The notes below the pieces were generated by a model. It was not told where the DNA came from. It did no database searches and saw only the letters and a list, made by a program, of their open reading frames with translations. The translations under genes and the position numbers were made by a program. From NCBI GenBank assembly GCA_012295275.1, contig CM022674.1, forward strand, positions 10,478,001 to 10,542,000: DNA of 64,000 nt, given 5' to 3'. The first letter of the stretch is position 1; each line of letters starts with the position of its first letter. Of the stretch, positions 48,751 through 63,383 are shown in pieces. This stretch comes from Chrysomallon squamiferum. Lineage: Eukaryota; Animalia; Mollusca.

Positions 48751-50597
48751 AAAAAATAATAATAATAAATAAATTAATAAAAAAAAAAAAAAATATCTTG
48801 TTCGATACAACTTATTGACAAATAAAATAAAGATAGTATTAACATTTTATCTCATATTAAATCAGTTTAAATCCAAACTTACAGTTCAGTGTCAAAGAGA
48901 TAAATGTAAACATTAGCCAAAAATGTTTCTAATTTAAAATCACATTTATTTTATTAATTATTCACTATTTCTAAATTATTAAATAAATATTACTACTTAA
49001 AACTTACATTTACTTTATTATCCACTATTTTGTAATTATTAAAGCTATATGTAAAAACTATCAGATGAATGAAGATTTACATTTGCTTTATAAATTTTGT
49101 TAGTATTTTCTAATGATAATTTAGTGAAATGCAAACATTATATGAACGTGTCTTCTAATTGACAGAGAAATATGCTCATATTTTCTTTTGTATGACAATA
49201 ACAGTAAAAAATAGACTATATTACATTATATATCTAAAATTATAAACATAATAAAACTTTAGTACCACAGAACAATTTATTAAAAAAATAATCTATCTCT
49301 AACATACATGTGTATGTGTGTTTGTGTATTTTACATATATATATATATATATATGTATTTAAAATTATATTTTATTTTACCGTATAAATTTATATATTAA
49401 AAGCATGAATAGAAACATTTTGTAAAACAAAAATGTATATAAACTCCAAATGAAAATCCAAATTTACTTAGTACAAACATATTCAAATTTGATTTAGTAT
49501 TGCAGAACTATTGTGTAAAGAAGAAAATAAAAAACAAAAACACTTTTACACTACATTACTATAGTACTTTTCTTAATATAAATATAGTAAAATATTTAGT
49601 AATGCAAAACAATTTTGTCAAATAAAAAATATACATTAAATATTCTGCACTCTATTTTAAAACACAACTTTAATTATAACATCCTATTTAGCAGATATTT
49701 TCACAAATAAACAGTCTAATAGCAACACAAGTAATAATCAAATCATCATGAATAATATAACAAATCTGATTTAAAAACTGCCAGACTTTTCACTTTCTGA
49801 ATAACCTGATAAAAATTAACATCAGTATAACTGTTATTTTATTATTGCTGGGCAACCAAACATTTCTTAACATCTTTTTATATGAAATTGTGCAATAAAC
49901 ACCTCAAACTCTTTCACTGAAATTAAAAATGAAGTGAAATTTTCATAAAGCAACAGGTATTATATTTGTTATGTTCAAACACAATAGAGAATAAAAAATG
50001 TTGAAAGATTCATCAGCTATAAAATATGGTAACAATATTTGTATAGAAACTCAAACTGTACAATATATGAATACAATATTTGAACAGAAACAGCAGAGTG
50101 CACAGTACAGTAATGGACTATCTGAATAGAAACAATTTACAGTATCTAGATATACACCAGACTACACAGCAATATAGTTACACAAATTTACACTGTATTT
50201 AATTCTTCATCACAATCAATTAGTTCACAGATCTTATGTTGAAAATGTGATCTGGCTCATGTATCAATAATTAAACTTTTGAACTGAAAGATTGAAACTG
50301 TACACAGTATTTAACACAATTAAATACACTGACACGATATTACACCAAAAATGTAGCAGCTCAAACTGAAACTACAATAGAAATCACTGTATTTCAGGAT
50401 GAAGTATAACATTAAGATCAACTTTGTACCATAGAAATTACAAACAAAATTCAGGTTATTGTGTTTATTATGAACATCAGTTTCATACAAAAATAGTATT
50501 TCTGAACAACTTCAAAATGTTCTCACGAGCTGATCTTCCACTTAAAGTGATAGTCTGTGTACATAATGTACTAAATTGAAAAGTTCAGAGTTTTATA

Positions 50598-53500
50598 TCA
50601 AAATGTATTTATGTTACTATATTTAGCACCATGCTCCAGTAAATAGGAAACAATTTCCCTTCTGTAACTCTTAGCTTTGTCAAGAGGAGTTTCACCTAGA
50701 CCATTTTTAACATTTACATCAACACCTTTTTTCAATCAGTGCTGTCACAATTTCTAGATTTCCATGTTCAACTGCTAAGTGCAAAACAGAATTCTTATCA
50801 TTGTCTGTTAAATTAGTGTCAGCTCCATGATTTAGTAAAGCCAAAGCTACTTTTTTCTTATCAGAGGAAATAGCTGGGTCTTCAAAAAAATCAAATTTGT
50901 TGGGTGTGTATTTCAGAAATGTAATAAGAGGAGTTTCACTTTGCATGTCCTTACAATTTACATCAGCACCTTTTTCTATCAGTGCTGTCACAATTTCTAC
51001 ATTTCCACCTTTAGCTGCTAAGTGTAAAAGAGAATTGTTATCACTGTCTGTTAAATGAGGATCACCTCCTTGGTTTAGTAAATATAAAGCTATGTCTGGT
51101 CTGTGACAGATCAAGGATACATGAAGAGGAGTTTTCTGTTCAGTGTTAATTGCATTTATTATTTTTTTTCTTACTTCTTTCACAACATCTATATCAATTT
51201 CAGAAGCTATGTGCAATGCTGAATTCTCGTGGTCATCTTTTATATTGATATCAGCACCATTTTCCAGTAACAACAAAGCTATTTCCTTTCTGTGTGTCAC
51301 TGCGTTTACAGCTTCATGAAGTGGAGTTTTTCCCTTACTGTTTACTGCATTGACATCAGCATTTCTCTTTATTAGTGATTTTATCATATCTAAGTCACCA
51401 CGCAGAACTGAGATGTGGAGGGGTGTGTCTGAAGGCAACAATTTGAAACTAATTTTGACACTTAACTGTTTGAGTTCAATTTCTTCTTCAAACAACTGAA
51501 TCAATTTCTGATTAACAGCTATATTCACATTAGGATCAGCTCCTTTATCAAGAAGACTCTGAACAACACCTGCACTGTTACACATCACTGCTGCTTTCAG
51601 TACTTTACTTTTCTTCCAGTTGTCATCTCTATCATTACACCTCTGCTCAATGAGAAAATTCACTGTATCACTGGCTCCCCATACTGCTGCTGCTAAAAGT
51701 ACTTTATCTCTGTTCTCATCGATTTAAACAATCAGGTTTCAGTTTTACTATTTCTTTTATAACACCAGAATTATTCTGACTAGCAGCAATAATAGCAATG
51801 TCTTTCATTTTGTTTATTATATCAATGGTAACCAGTTTCTTGAATGGATGGCTTACATCAACAACTTCAAAAGTCTTTGACTTCCCAAAATACCAGTTTC
51901 TTGATTCACGTCTCAGTTGTCTATGGAACCTAACCAATAACAGTTTAATGGCTTTTTCCTTGATTACATTGTTGTGTTTCTCATGTTCTATCTTTTCAGC
52001 TAACAGACATGCAATCTTCATATTACCTGAAAAAATAGAAGCAAGTAAGAGATGTGAACACTCATTCAAACTAATATTTCTTTTGCACTGTAACAGTTCT
52101 TTGAGTATGGCAGCACTGTCTGTTTTTGAAGAAATAGCTGCACGCAATGTATCAATTGTTGGAATAACACCTGATTTTAGCAACATTCTCACAACATCTT
52201 CATCACCAAACAAACAAGAAATATTCAAAAGTTCTTTTTTCAGATTTGTTAATTTCATTTTACACAGATTTTCAGTGAAAAATCTTGACAATATTCTTAA
52301 TCCCTTCACAATACACTCACTTTGAACAGATGATGAAATTTCAAAATATTTTTCAGTATCCAAATACATGTAACTAGAACACTCTGAATAACTGTCAAGA
52401 AGACATGAAATATTTAGCAATATTTCATCAAGATTGACTACTTTTACAGATGATATACACAAATATTTACTTTCATGTTTATGTAGTTGTCGATGCAGTA
52501 TTTCAGACAATTTATCATTAAAGTATTTTGTCTCTATGAGATACTTCACAAACTCTTCATCTTTCAATGATGGATGAGAAATAATGTCTTTGGCATTGCT
52601 TGATGCCAACAGTTCACTAAATCTCCGAGCAAGAGCATCAAAGCAGTTAGGTTTCACAGTCATTGTAATGTGACTTTTGTTAGACACTCCAGGTGTCACA
52701 ACATATTCTAACAACATGTAGACAGGACACATTTCTAACAATTCTGCTGCTTTCTTTGGAAACTGATGAAAACACCAGAAACAATGAGTCAAACACTGAC
52801 TGGTGAATAAATGTGTATTCATTGTCAGAACACTTCAAATAGGTACCACACATTTCATCAGCTGTTTTCTTTACATCTGTGAGACAAGTGTTTTTCAGAC
52901 TCAGACAGACTCCCTCTAGCAGTCTTATTAATGTCATTATGTCACTGTCAGAGTCATTTTTAAATGGGTCCAGTAAATCAATCCTGAGACTGTCTTGCTG
53001 GAACAATATCAGCAGTAGAACCAGGTAATTGATCTGTGAAGATTAATCATTTTTCAAATTTTCCAGTTGTTTTGTGAGATATTCTACAGGTTTCTCAAAA
53101 AACTTAACTCCTCTTTTTTGTGCATCACTTGAATTAACATAATACACACACACCTGAGGAAATCCTAACTCTGTACAAGAAGAGGAAATGACACTGTCTT
53201 TATCATCTTCATCCATTGTAACATTCTTTTGTTCGAGATACTTGTTTAGAATTTCTAACTTCTCATAAGAATCCAGAGAACATACATTGCTCTGTAGGTC
53301 AAGGACATGGTTTTCATTGAACAGATCAAATTCCTTCAGATTGGCTTTAATTTCTGTAAATATTTGTTTTCTTAAAGTAATAATACATCTCACACTCCCA
53401 TCTTTAACAAGACTCCACACCTCTGGAAATAGCTGTTCCCAACATGACATAAAATCGAATACAAGATTAGTTTTACCAAATATATCATCAATGAGAACAA

Positions 53501-54284
53501 TACATGGTTTAACTTTAGACACAGGAATGTATTTGAAATCAGAGTGATGAGTCATGAGGTAAGAGTCTATTTTTTCTTCTTTCTCTATTTGTTTAATCAT
53601 GTTCAGACCTAGAGTTGTCTTTCCTGAACCTGGACTTCCTACTACAATCACAACACCATTCTTTTTCAAAAGTGTTAGTCCTCTTTCTTCTGCTCTTGTT
53701 TCAACATAGACTCTCCTCTCAATTAAGTTTAACAGTGACCTGGTATACTCTGTATCACAACATTAAAACAAATAATATTTATTATTAACTTATTTTAAAT
53801 ATATTTTATTATTTAAATATAGATACTATAATTTTTAACCAGTTATCATATGTGAAGTTTGTAAAATAAAGCAAAGTTTTTTTGTCATAATTTTAGTTCA
53901 TCAGAATTTAATGACAATACTATGATATAACAGTTTTAAATGATGTAAAAATAACAGTGATTATCTTCTTGTAAATTAACATTTTTCAGAAATAAAAAAC
54001 AAGAACAATAAAAAAAAAAAAAAATACCTTTCATACTGGACAGTCATGCATCAGTCTTTGCTGAAATGATATAAGAATAAAACAAGTAAATTTATATTAT
54101 TGATGATGAGCAAAAGAGAATTATTAAAGTGAAATGTACAGTTACTCAGTAGTTCATTCATGGAACAGTCAACATATAACATTATTATTATCTTTCTGAT
54201 TTATTTTAGTAGAATTATTACTACTAGTATTAAAACTACTGCTGTTGTTATTTCTCACTATTGTTACTTAGTTATTGTTATTGT

Positions 54285-54323
<39 letters not shown>

Positions 54324-54433
54324 TTTTTTACTTTTTTCAGTAGTTGCAAGTGAAAATAATGACATATATTGGCTTGATTAATGTATACTGAATTCTCTTA
54401 AAAAGAAAATCTAGATAAGATTGATGGCACTTA

Positions 54434-54478
<45 letters not shown>

Positions 54479-55780
54479 TGTGCGTTTGTATGTGTGTGTG
54501 TGTTTCAGTGGGACGTCATAAGCACATAACACAAAAGTGCACCAACAAAACTGCGCTGTTATTATTATTGTTATTTTAATTATTATTTTACAAAGATTAA
54601 CTAATCATAAACTTCAAACATTTAGTTCCAAATTATAAACACTCCTAGGTAATCCATGACTTCAGTTTCTTCAAATTGTCCAGTGCGAGTTAGGAGGCCT
54701 GCTTTGGATATCACAGATGTGGGAAATTTTTAAATTACTGATTGGCCAGCATTAACATGTGTTATGACTTTTTCCATAAGGAACTGTTCTTATTTGATTG
54801 ATGCAGGATTATATTGTTCAATTTCACAACTCACAATAATTACTTCTCAGATCCATATGCAGATCTTCCACTGCACACAATATGAATAAAATCTGTGATG
54901 TGTTAGTATTATTGAATAAAACAATATGTTTTAAAAAATGTGTAAAATTAAAATTATTTGTATTAAATGTCTGCATCTATGTGTTTGTTAGTTTGTATGG
55001 GTTTTTTATTGTGTATATATACATGTATGTATGTATTGTCTATGTTTGTCTGGATGTTGTTCAGGTCACAGATTCTGATAGAAAAATACTAATGAGTATT
55101 TTGATGCATATTCTAATAAACAGGCAGGCAAAAGAAAAGCTTCCATTTTCGACTTACTAATTAAACATTTTTTGTCTCCTAATAGAACAGAAGAAAAAAA
55201 AAAACGATTTAAACTCACAGCCTACAAGTGTTATTTCTAAAACTGTTTGTAGCTATATGAAGGGCATACAGTATAAAAAGTGTGTGTTTGTGTGTGTGTG
55301 TGTGAGTGTGAGTGTGTGTGTGTTTGCTTTTGTATATATCATCAGCTATTGCTAAAACATGCATATTAACATAAGATAATGAAAATGACAAGTTTAGAAG
55401 CAGTTTCTAAAAACAAAGGTGAGCAATGTCTAACTGCAGAGAATAGCAGATCAGAGACCCGTTCGATAGTGTACTGGTTACTGGTTGAGATAGGTCAAAT
55501 ATGACAAGTGGGCTTTGTATTCTGGGCAACATTAATGGGTTCAAGAAATTTAGTCAGTGTTTCATTTAATGAAAAATAAGTAATTTTGATATGGTAAAAT
55601 GTAGCTATGTAGTTGCTAGAGGTCAGCACTGCAGTAAAATGACTTTTAAACAATTAATGAGTAAGCTATGTTATGCAGCTTGTCTGTTAATCAATCTAAT
55701 TGTGTAGTTTTACTTGTGTAGTTCACTGCTGTTTTATTTTACATCCAGTAAGATCATATGCATACATACATACATAGATG

Positions 55781-55827
<47 letters not shown>

Positions 55828-57951
55828 ACAAACATTACCATCTCAGAGTGCATTTATTTCTTAATTCTATGATACAAAATTCCTGAATGTTTCGGCAAAT
55901 TATTGATTAGGTATTCTTTTGTAATGCTACTTATGAATGTTTACAGTTTTTCTTAGCAAATGCGTTTCTTGTAATGACATGGTGACATCAATATTAAAAA
56001 CTGCTTCAACATCAAAATAGATGCATGATATATTGGAAAGGATATTGTATGTGAATGCCAAATATATTCATATCTCATAAGAAAAAAAAAAACTTGTCTC
56101 CTTCAGTATAAGTGGTCACATGTGTGGATGTTGTTCATTTAACAGCGTCTGAGAGAAAAGCACTAATGTCTATTCTCTTATTAAACATGTACAGAAAAAG
56201 AAAACTTTCACTTTTCAACTTACTAGTTAAATTGTTTCTGGCTCCTATTAGAACATTTCCAAAGTGATGTATGTTTACTGTTGGATTTACAAGTTGTATT
56301 GTTTGAGTATCTGTGAAAGAGAGTAAATACATTTTAAGGACAGCATACAGTATTAATACACTGAATTAAAAGTATTATTGCATATAACAATATCTCATTC
56401 AAAAATGTTGTTAACTGATTATGTGCAGGTGCTATGAAATAAGTATTACTTTAAAGTATTAAAGTGTTTAACAGTAGATACAAGATTGATTATAATGGTC
56501 ATGATGAAGCAAATAAACAGTAACTAGATTGTATTTTGCTTTACTTTTTTAATCTGTGAAACAAAAACACGGTAACAACTTTAAACTTAATTCATTGTCA
56601 GCATAACTTTTAAAATGTCAATTTTCTAATGCCTAAGATGTAACTAAACAATACATTGAAACAGTGTGTTGATAGAAATGTATATAGTACTTTTAGAATT
56701 TACCAGCAGTAAAGTAAACAATATATTGAAATATTCTATTACGACAAATATAAAAATAATGTTGACTCTTTACAATTTCCTATTAAAAAAGTAAACAGTA
56801 CATTGAAATAATGTGTGTATTACCAGAACTGCTTGACACAGGTAGTTGTAAATGATGCTCTGTATGTGTGATGTCAAAGGAAGACTGAGATGTGATGCCA
56901 GAGAGAGATACACTTTTCATATTGTCTAAGAGAGACACAGCTGTCACAGTCTCTGCCGAAGAAACAGCTGTCACAGTCTCTTCAGAAGAAACAGCTGTCA
57001 CAGTCTCTGCCGAAGAAACAGCTGTCACAGTCTCTTCAGAAGAAACAGCTGTCACAGTCTCTGCAGAAGAAACAGCTGTCAGTCTCTGCAGAAGAAACAG
57101 CTGTTACAGTCTCTTCAGAAGAAACAGCTGCCACAGTCTCTGCAGAAGAAACAGCTGTTACAGTCTCTTCAGAAGAAACAGCTGTCACAGTCTCTGCAGA
57201 AGAAACAGCTGTTGTGTTAGAAGAATCTTCTGAACTCTCATTTTTGTCATCTATATTCCCTGAGCTGTAAAAAATAATATAATGATTTTTTATATAGAAA
57301 TGAAGAAATGAACTGTTTTATTTACTTATTTTAGTTACTTTTATATGGGTCAGACATAAGATTTGGGAACAGTCAGATAACAACAAAAAAAAGAAACCGA
57401 CTGCAGTCACTTCACTCTCTACTCTGTCTTATTAACAACAAGTGATGTTTCATTTATACCTACCCACAAACAGTACAAACTATTTCATACATCAGCTGTT
57501 AAGCACTGCTAAAATGAAAACAGCTCATGATTACATCAGCAGGCATTGATCCAAATATCTACTACATCTTGCACACTTTAATAGAGATCTACATCTAGTA
57601 CCTTGTATTAATACTAGCATTGACTCATAGACTGTATTCTCAATTTGGTTCTATAAATAAATGCCTGGAACATTTTTTTAAAGTAATCAAATAAAAAAGG
57701 CTTAAAATAAATATACTCATTTTTTAAAAAGAGGTGTTTGATCATGTTATTTAGAAATACTCAGGAAAACACAATTTCACAAACCTAAAAACATAGTTCT
57801 AATTAATTAGTCTTACCTCATTTTGGATTTGTTCTTTTCCATCTGTTTAGAGGGGTTGGTGATGGGCTGACTGGGGCAGGTTCTGGCTCTGGGTTCCTGT
57901 GTTCCTCAGCTGTTCTGCTGCTCTGATTTACTAGTGTTATTCCACATTTTT
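50598..57951 (-). pseudogene. NLR-like STAND NTPase (nSTAND3-like) with C-terminal ankyrin repeats and an N-terminal low-complexity + RHIM-like region, disabled
   Basis: Exons 57951-57817, 57264-56824, 56310-56224, 54060-54028, 53749-50598 chain in phase once a 2-nt deletion near 57080 is restored. Motifs YVETRA, Walker A GSPGSGKT, Walker B VLIDDIFG, ITLR, LGFPQ, YTFIHQSVFD; ankyrin repeats (TPLH..GADVN). Lesions: TGA in two small exons, TAA 53043-53045, frameshifts near 52770, 51725 and 50728. Confidence 0.88.
56935..57212 (-). repeat. 27-bp coding repeat (TAVSS[A/E]ETV), ~10 copies, alternating variants
   Basis: gaagaaacagctgtcacagtctct unit; one copy near 57080 lacks 2 nt. Confidence 0.95.
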
Positions 57952-60379
57952 CTAAACATTACAAACATACATGTTCAGATAGTTCTGGATTCAGCTTCAT
58001 GTGAAGCATCATATTGATAATATTATAATCAATTCCTATCTTAGTTTTGTCAGACCTATTACTAAATTATATAAACAATACAAATATAACTATACCATGA
58101 ACATTTTTTTGAAGTAATATTCTTAGTCTTGTCAACTGTACTAAATTATTTTATATAAACAATACAAATTAAAATATCACAAATATACACCTGAACATAA
58201 TGAGTGAAAATGTGACAAGAAATTACAAAGTTGTGATGACTGACAACAGAATGATGTTCTATGTTTCTGAATGACAGTTACAGCTGATTTCACTGTGAGA
58301 GGCTAGTGTGTGAGGTTTCTTTGTTTTTCTTAACTGCAGCATGCTCACATATCACATTTTGAACTCCATTGTTTAGCACATCTCTCATTCAGTGTCAACT
58401 TGGCACAATGGTGAACATCATAAACACAAAGATGACACAAAATAAGAATGGATTCAACAGTTATGCCTCAAACCTACATGACATCAGCTTGACAACAATT
58501 ACAGTCATCAGTCCATTAGTGAGCTCAACACTCTACATCCAACCTAATGTTGTAACTCTTCAAGCCTTGGCCAATCATGAGTCCAGCACATTTGTGTCAT
58601 CAGTGAGCATTTTATGCACAGAGTGGAAGTGGAATCAGCCTAGAACTGGGAATTAGTTTAGTTGACAATTTGACAAATCCAACTTTTAACTGAAGAGATG
58701 AGCTGGATCCTACAGGCTGAATGTTTACTTGTCACTGAATCCTTTAACAACAGATGTAATCTAGAGACATTAAGCAACATTTTCTCTCAGAAACAGATTT
58801 CTTAAACTATTTTATTAACTCTTCAGCTCCACAGTTTGGAATGATGATTTTGGTGTTAAATAGTACTTGGTAATTATGTGACAAAACAGTTATTTTAAAA
58901 ATCCTGTGTTTGAAATAAATTCACAACTATTGTGAATAAATATTTTTATTTTACACTAGTTTCACTTTCTTTCCATTGGTTATTAATAAACACAATGACA
59001 ATAGATTCAAAAGTTAAAAAGTTTTTTTATTCACAAAAATCATGATTATTAACTGATTTACAACAGATTTATTTTAAAAATGGTTAACAAACAAATCGAA
59101 GATATTTTACAAATTATTAAAAGGATAATGAGCAAACAGTTAGGAATGATTTTTCGTTCTCAATGTTCAATCATGCCTGTACTGGGCACCCTATTCGAGT
59201 AAATTTAGAAGTTAATTTCACTGATAATTAATTGCAAACATTTCAATTAAAATTAATAATCATTAAACATAATTATTATTAATAAGCAAATATGAAATAC
59301 TATTTATTATAAAAACAAATTTAATTTAAAATGTAGAATAATTATTACCTATATGAAAATGAAAAATTATATTAATAATAACAAATTACATTTAATTTAA
59401 AATACATGTATGTAAAATAATTGTTAAATCATAATTATTTTCAGTACGAAAATGTAAAATAATAATTATAACAAATTAGGAATAAGCTGAACACTCACAA
59501 TGACTGTTTTATGGCTAAACACAAAGCCTGGATTTCATCTAGTTTTATCACAGTTCAGTTTTTTCCCTTTCATGGTTTAATAATGTGTTATGAATCTGCT
59601 AATGTAACAATATTATAACAGTAATCTGTCGTGAATAGGGAAGTAAAAGCAATTGTTATTCTAAAATATTATGAATGTGCAAATTAAAGTATTATGCTAA
59701 TATATTATGAATATACAAATTAAAGTAACTTTTGTAACAATTAGGAATGCGGAAAAGCAAAATATTTATTACGTATTTTTTTTTTTTTTCTGAATATTCA
59801 AATGTAAAATATAACAAATTATGAATGATCAAATGTTAACTGAAAAAAAGACAAATAAAAATGTATTACAACTTTCTTCATTTCAGAACATTTTAATAAC
59901 AGCAGTATGTAAGTGCATGTATGTATGTATGTATGTATGTATGTATGTATGTATGTATGTATGTTTGTATGTTTGTAGTCCATATACTTGTATGTGTATG
60001 TGTTTATGAGCATATACAGAAAAGATGAACACAATACAAGTCATTAAAACAATTTAAGTGGGATTTTGTATATATACTGCAAATGTAAAGAAATGAGAAA
60101 GAGTTGTGTTAACATATTCAAAAACAGGTTTAATAACAGGTGTAAAGTTATTCTTCAAAAATAAATTATGTATATATATATATATGGTGGTTTTTTGGAA
60201 TATATTATATTGATAGGTATCTGGAATCATGGATACAAGGTATTTGTGAAGGCAAACATACATAGATATGCACAAGTATTGACACACGTATACTTACAAA
60301 CATATATATATAGGCACTAAAGGACACATATACACACATATACAGACACACACACACACACATACATACACATACATAC

Positions 60380-60412
<33 letters not shown>

Positions 60413-60426
60413 CACATCAAAGCACA

Positions 60427-60466
<40 letters not shown>

Positions 60467-62254
60467 GGCCTGTACACAAAATGTGGATTCACATGATGTA
60501 ATTTTCTAAAGAACATTTTCAATGTAACTCCATTCACTGATTACACTGATTTCTTTCAATGAATTCTTGCAGAACACTGCAACAAATGACAGCAAAATAA
60601 TCTTATTTCCAGTACACTCAAAATTATCACACGTAATTATAAACATCTTTGGTAATATAAATCTTGCGTGTGACAGAAAACTTTTATTTTAAGAATAATG
60701 TGGTTTTTAGGTTGTTTGTTTAAAATGGTATAAATACATACAGATATTATAACACAGCCACTGATAAAGTAATATAATATATTATAATATACATGTTAAT
60801 AATTATTTGTACAAATGCATAATACAGTGATCATAATTAATTGTATAATGACAATATTAAACAAATCATATCTAATTAAATATACATCTGAGCAAAGGAA
60901 TTTATATAAAGATTTTACCAGCTGGTGCAAAACATTTGATACATATAATTACAAATGAACAGTCAAAAAATATATTAGTTTGCACATAAAAACAGACATA
61001 AAGTATATATATTCATACATGAATACACTGAAACATACATTCTGTATATTTATTAAAATTATTGTTTTGGTTGGTCTATCCCTGCATCTAACAAAGTATG
61101 ACAATAAAATAATATGAAATAATGTTAGAAATGAATATGTATTTCAAACCAATTATAACACCCTGTGTTATGTTGTTATACTTAATTATTAATTAAGAGT
61201 GGACAGCAAAAAATATGAAATAAATAAAATAGAATTTGGAAATATGCAGACTATTTCTTTGTATCACCAAAAATAAATATAATAAAAGCTTTTAGACTAC
61301 TTTTCTGAAGAAATAGTTAAATGCACTTAGCAAATTAATGTAGAATAAAATAATTTAAAAAAAAAAGTGTATTATTGTTTCTGTAATAAAAGAAGAAGAA
61401 AAACAAACGTTCTGATTCAGCAACTTTTATAAAAATCATTTCAAAACAGTAAGAAAACAACCATGTAAGTTAAACTAACAATATTAAACCTGTAGTTTCT
61501 TAGTCAGCAATTTCGTCCAAAGTGTTTACAATCAGTTCCACATGTTGTTAAAATGTAGAACAATAACTTCAGCTTGGCCTAACCATTAAAGTTAATTATT
61601 TGTTTGTCTTCATGTTTCAATTTTTCTGTCAATTATTTTCTGAAATGATCCAGACTGATTTTGTACATTCTTCAAGGTCTGAACAACCTGTAAATAAAAA
61701 GGGAAGAAATAATAGCAGGTTATTTTGTGTATGACATATATGTAGATATTTAAGTATATTATAACTGTTAGTTACTGGCAAATGATTGCAGTGTGATATC
61801 GCCCATCATTTGTACAGTAGATAACAACTTGTATTTATTAATGTATTATTTTTTAATTCTAGTTTCTTTGTTTTGTTTCATTTTTATTTTTGTCTTTATA
61901 TGTTTTTCTAATTGATTTATTCATTTAATTAATTAGAGAGGGAGAAAGATACACAGAGAGGTATAGATATATATAGCTTTGTTTTTTTCTGTTTTGTTTT
62001 TGTTTGTTTAAGTTTTTTTGATGGAGGAATTATTTTTATCACAAAATTTACTTGTCTTTGCTTAATATCCAATTTAAAAAAAATAAAAGAAATAATAATA
62101 ATAATAAAGAAATAAATAATTATGGAGAGAAAGCCAACAATCAAAATTAATTATAAATAATATCTATCTGTCTGTCTATCTATCTACCTATATATATAGT
62201 ATAATTCCTATAATTTATTTTAACTAATTATTAATATTGTTTTATTAACAGTTC

Positions 62255-62400
62255 TTGAGCTTTTCCTTATCTGCTAGAACTGGTTTTGAGATATCGATGC
62301 GCCATAGCAAACATTTACGCCAACGAAAAATCTAAACCAAAGCAGGTGCGCATGATGTCATTTCCTATCAACCATGTAAACAGTGGACTGTACTTATTTG
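62255..62400. promoter_or_regulatory. Putative (possibly bidirectional) promoter between the STAND-ANK and LRR genes
   Basis: CpG-containing patch next to CpG-poor DNA; TATCGAT and TGCGCATG motifs; divergent genes on either side; candidate minus-strand UTR exon 61687-61490. Confidence 0.35.
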
Positions 62401-62665
62401 TGTAAAGATAAAAATTATAATAATAATAATAAATCATTTTAACCTGAATGATAGCAGAACAATAAGAAATAAATGGTAATTTTATTCGTTTCCGATTTCT
62501 TCTGGAACTATCATTGGGTTTTTTAATACTTATAATTTTGTTTTCAGGCAATAGTTTTATCCAAAACATATACACAACATTTTGCTATTATAATTTCTAC
62601 CATTTTCAGCAGAGGCACTACACTTTTAAAAGGTTGACGAAAATATTATAATATATTGAGCAATC

Positions 62666-63124
62666 ATGTCTTCAAAAAAAAAGGGGAAGTCTATGCCTGC
62701 TAAACTGATGAAAAAGAAATTTTTGTTCGAAGAGGCTAAAGTAAATGTCGAAGAACTGAAGGATAATTATGAAGTTCAACAGCAAAGTGCGCCTGATAAT
62801 GTGATCCAATTCGAGGACCCTGTTCCAAATGATTTTACATTTACCAAAGGAATTGAATATTTGGATGATGATGACTTTGAAGAGGAAAAAATGAAGTCCA
62901 AAAGGAAGAATATAAAAACGTACTCTTCAAAGACCTCTGTTGTGAAAACTCAACAAGGAATGTTGAATCGTCACCCATCTCAGAGAGTTAAACAGCTTTC
63001 CGTCAGTCTTAAAACTGAGTATTTGGGCCGTAACGACCTTTTTGCATCTTCCAACAACAACGATTATTATCCCTTGAACAAACTGCAGGTAAGATCCATC
63101 CTATTTAATGAATTAGAATGAACT

Positions 63125-63185
<61 letters not shown>

Positions 63186-63350
63186 GCTGATTTCAGTTAT
63201 ACATCACAGTTGTTCAAGTATTCAGTGTTCTATTTTATGTTTTAATTCAATAATTAATAATTATATTTATTTGTCCACATATATATATATATATATATAT
63301 AGAAATAACTAATTTTTACACTTTATCAGCAGATTTTTCCTTCTAAAATG

Positions 63351-63383
<33 letters not shown>

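Noticed and set aside
51798-52325. 175-aa + strand ORF
   Set aside because: Antisense shadow of the STAND-ANK exon.
54647-54870. Candidate extra exon of the STAND-ANK gene
   Set aside because: Stops in all three frames, and the flanking exons already splice in phase without it.
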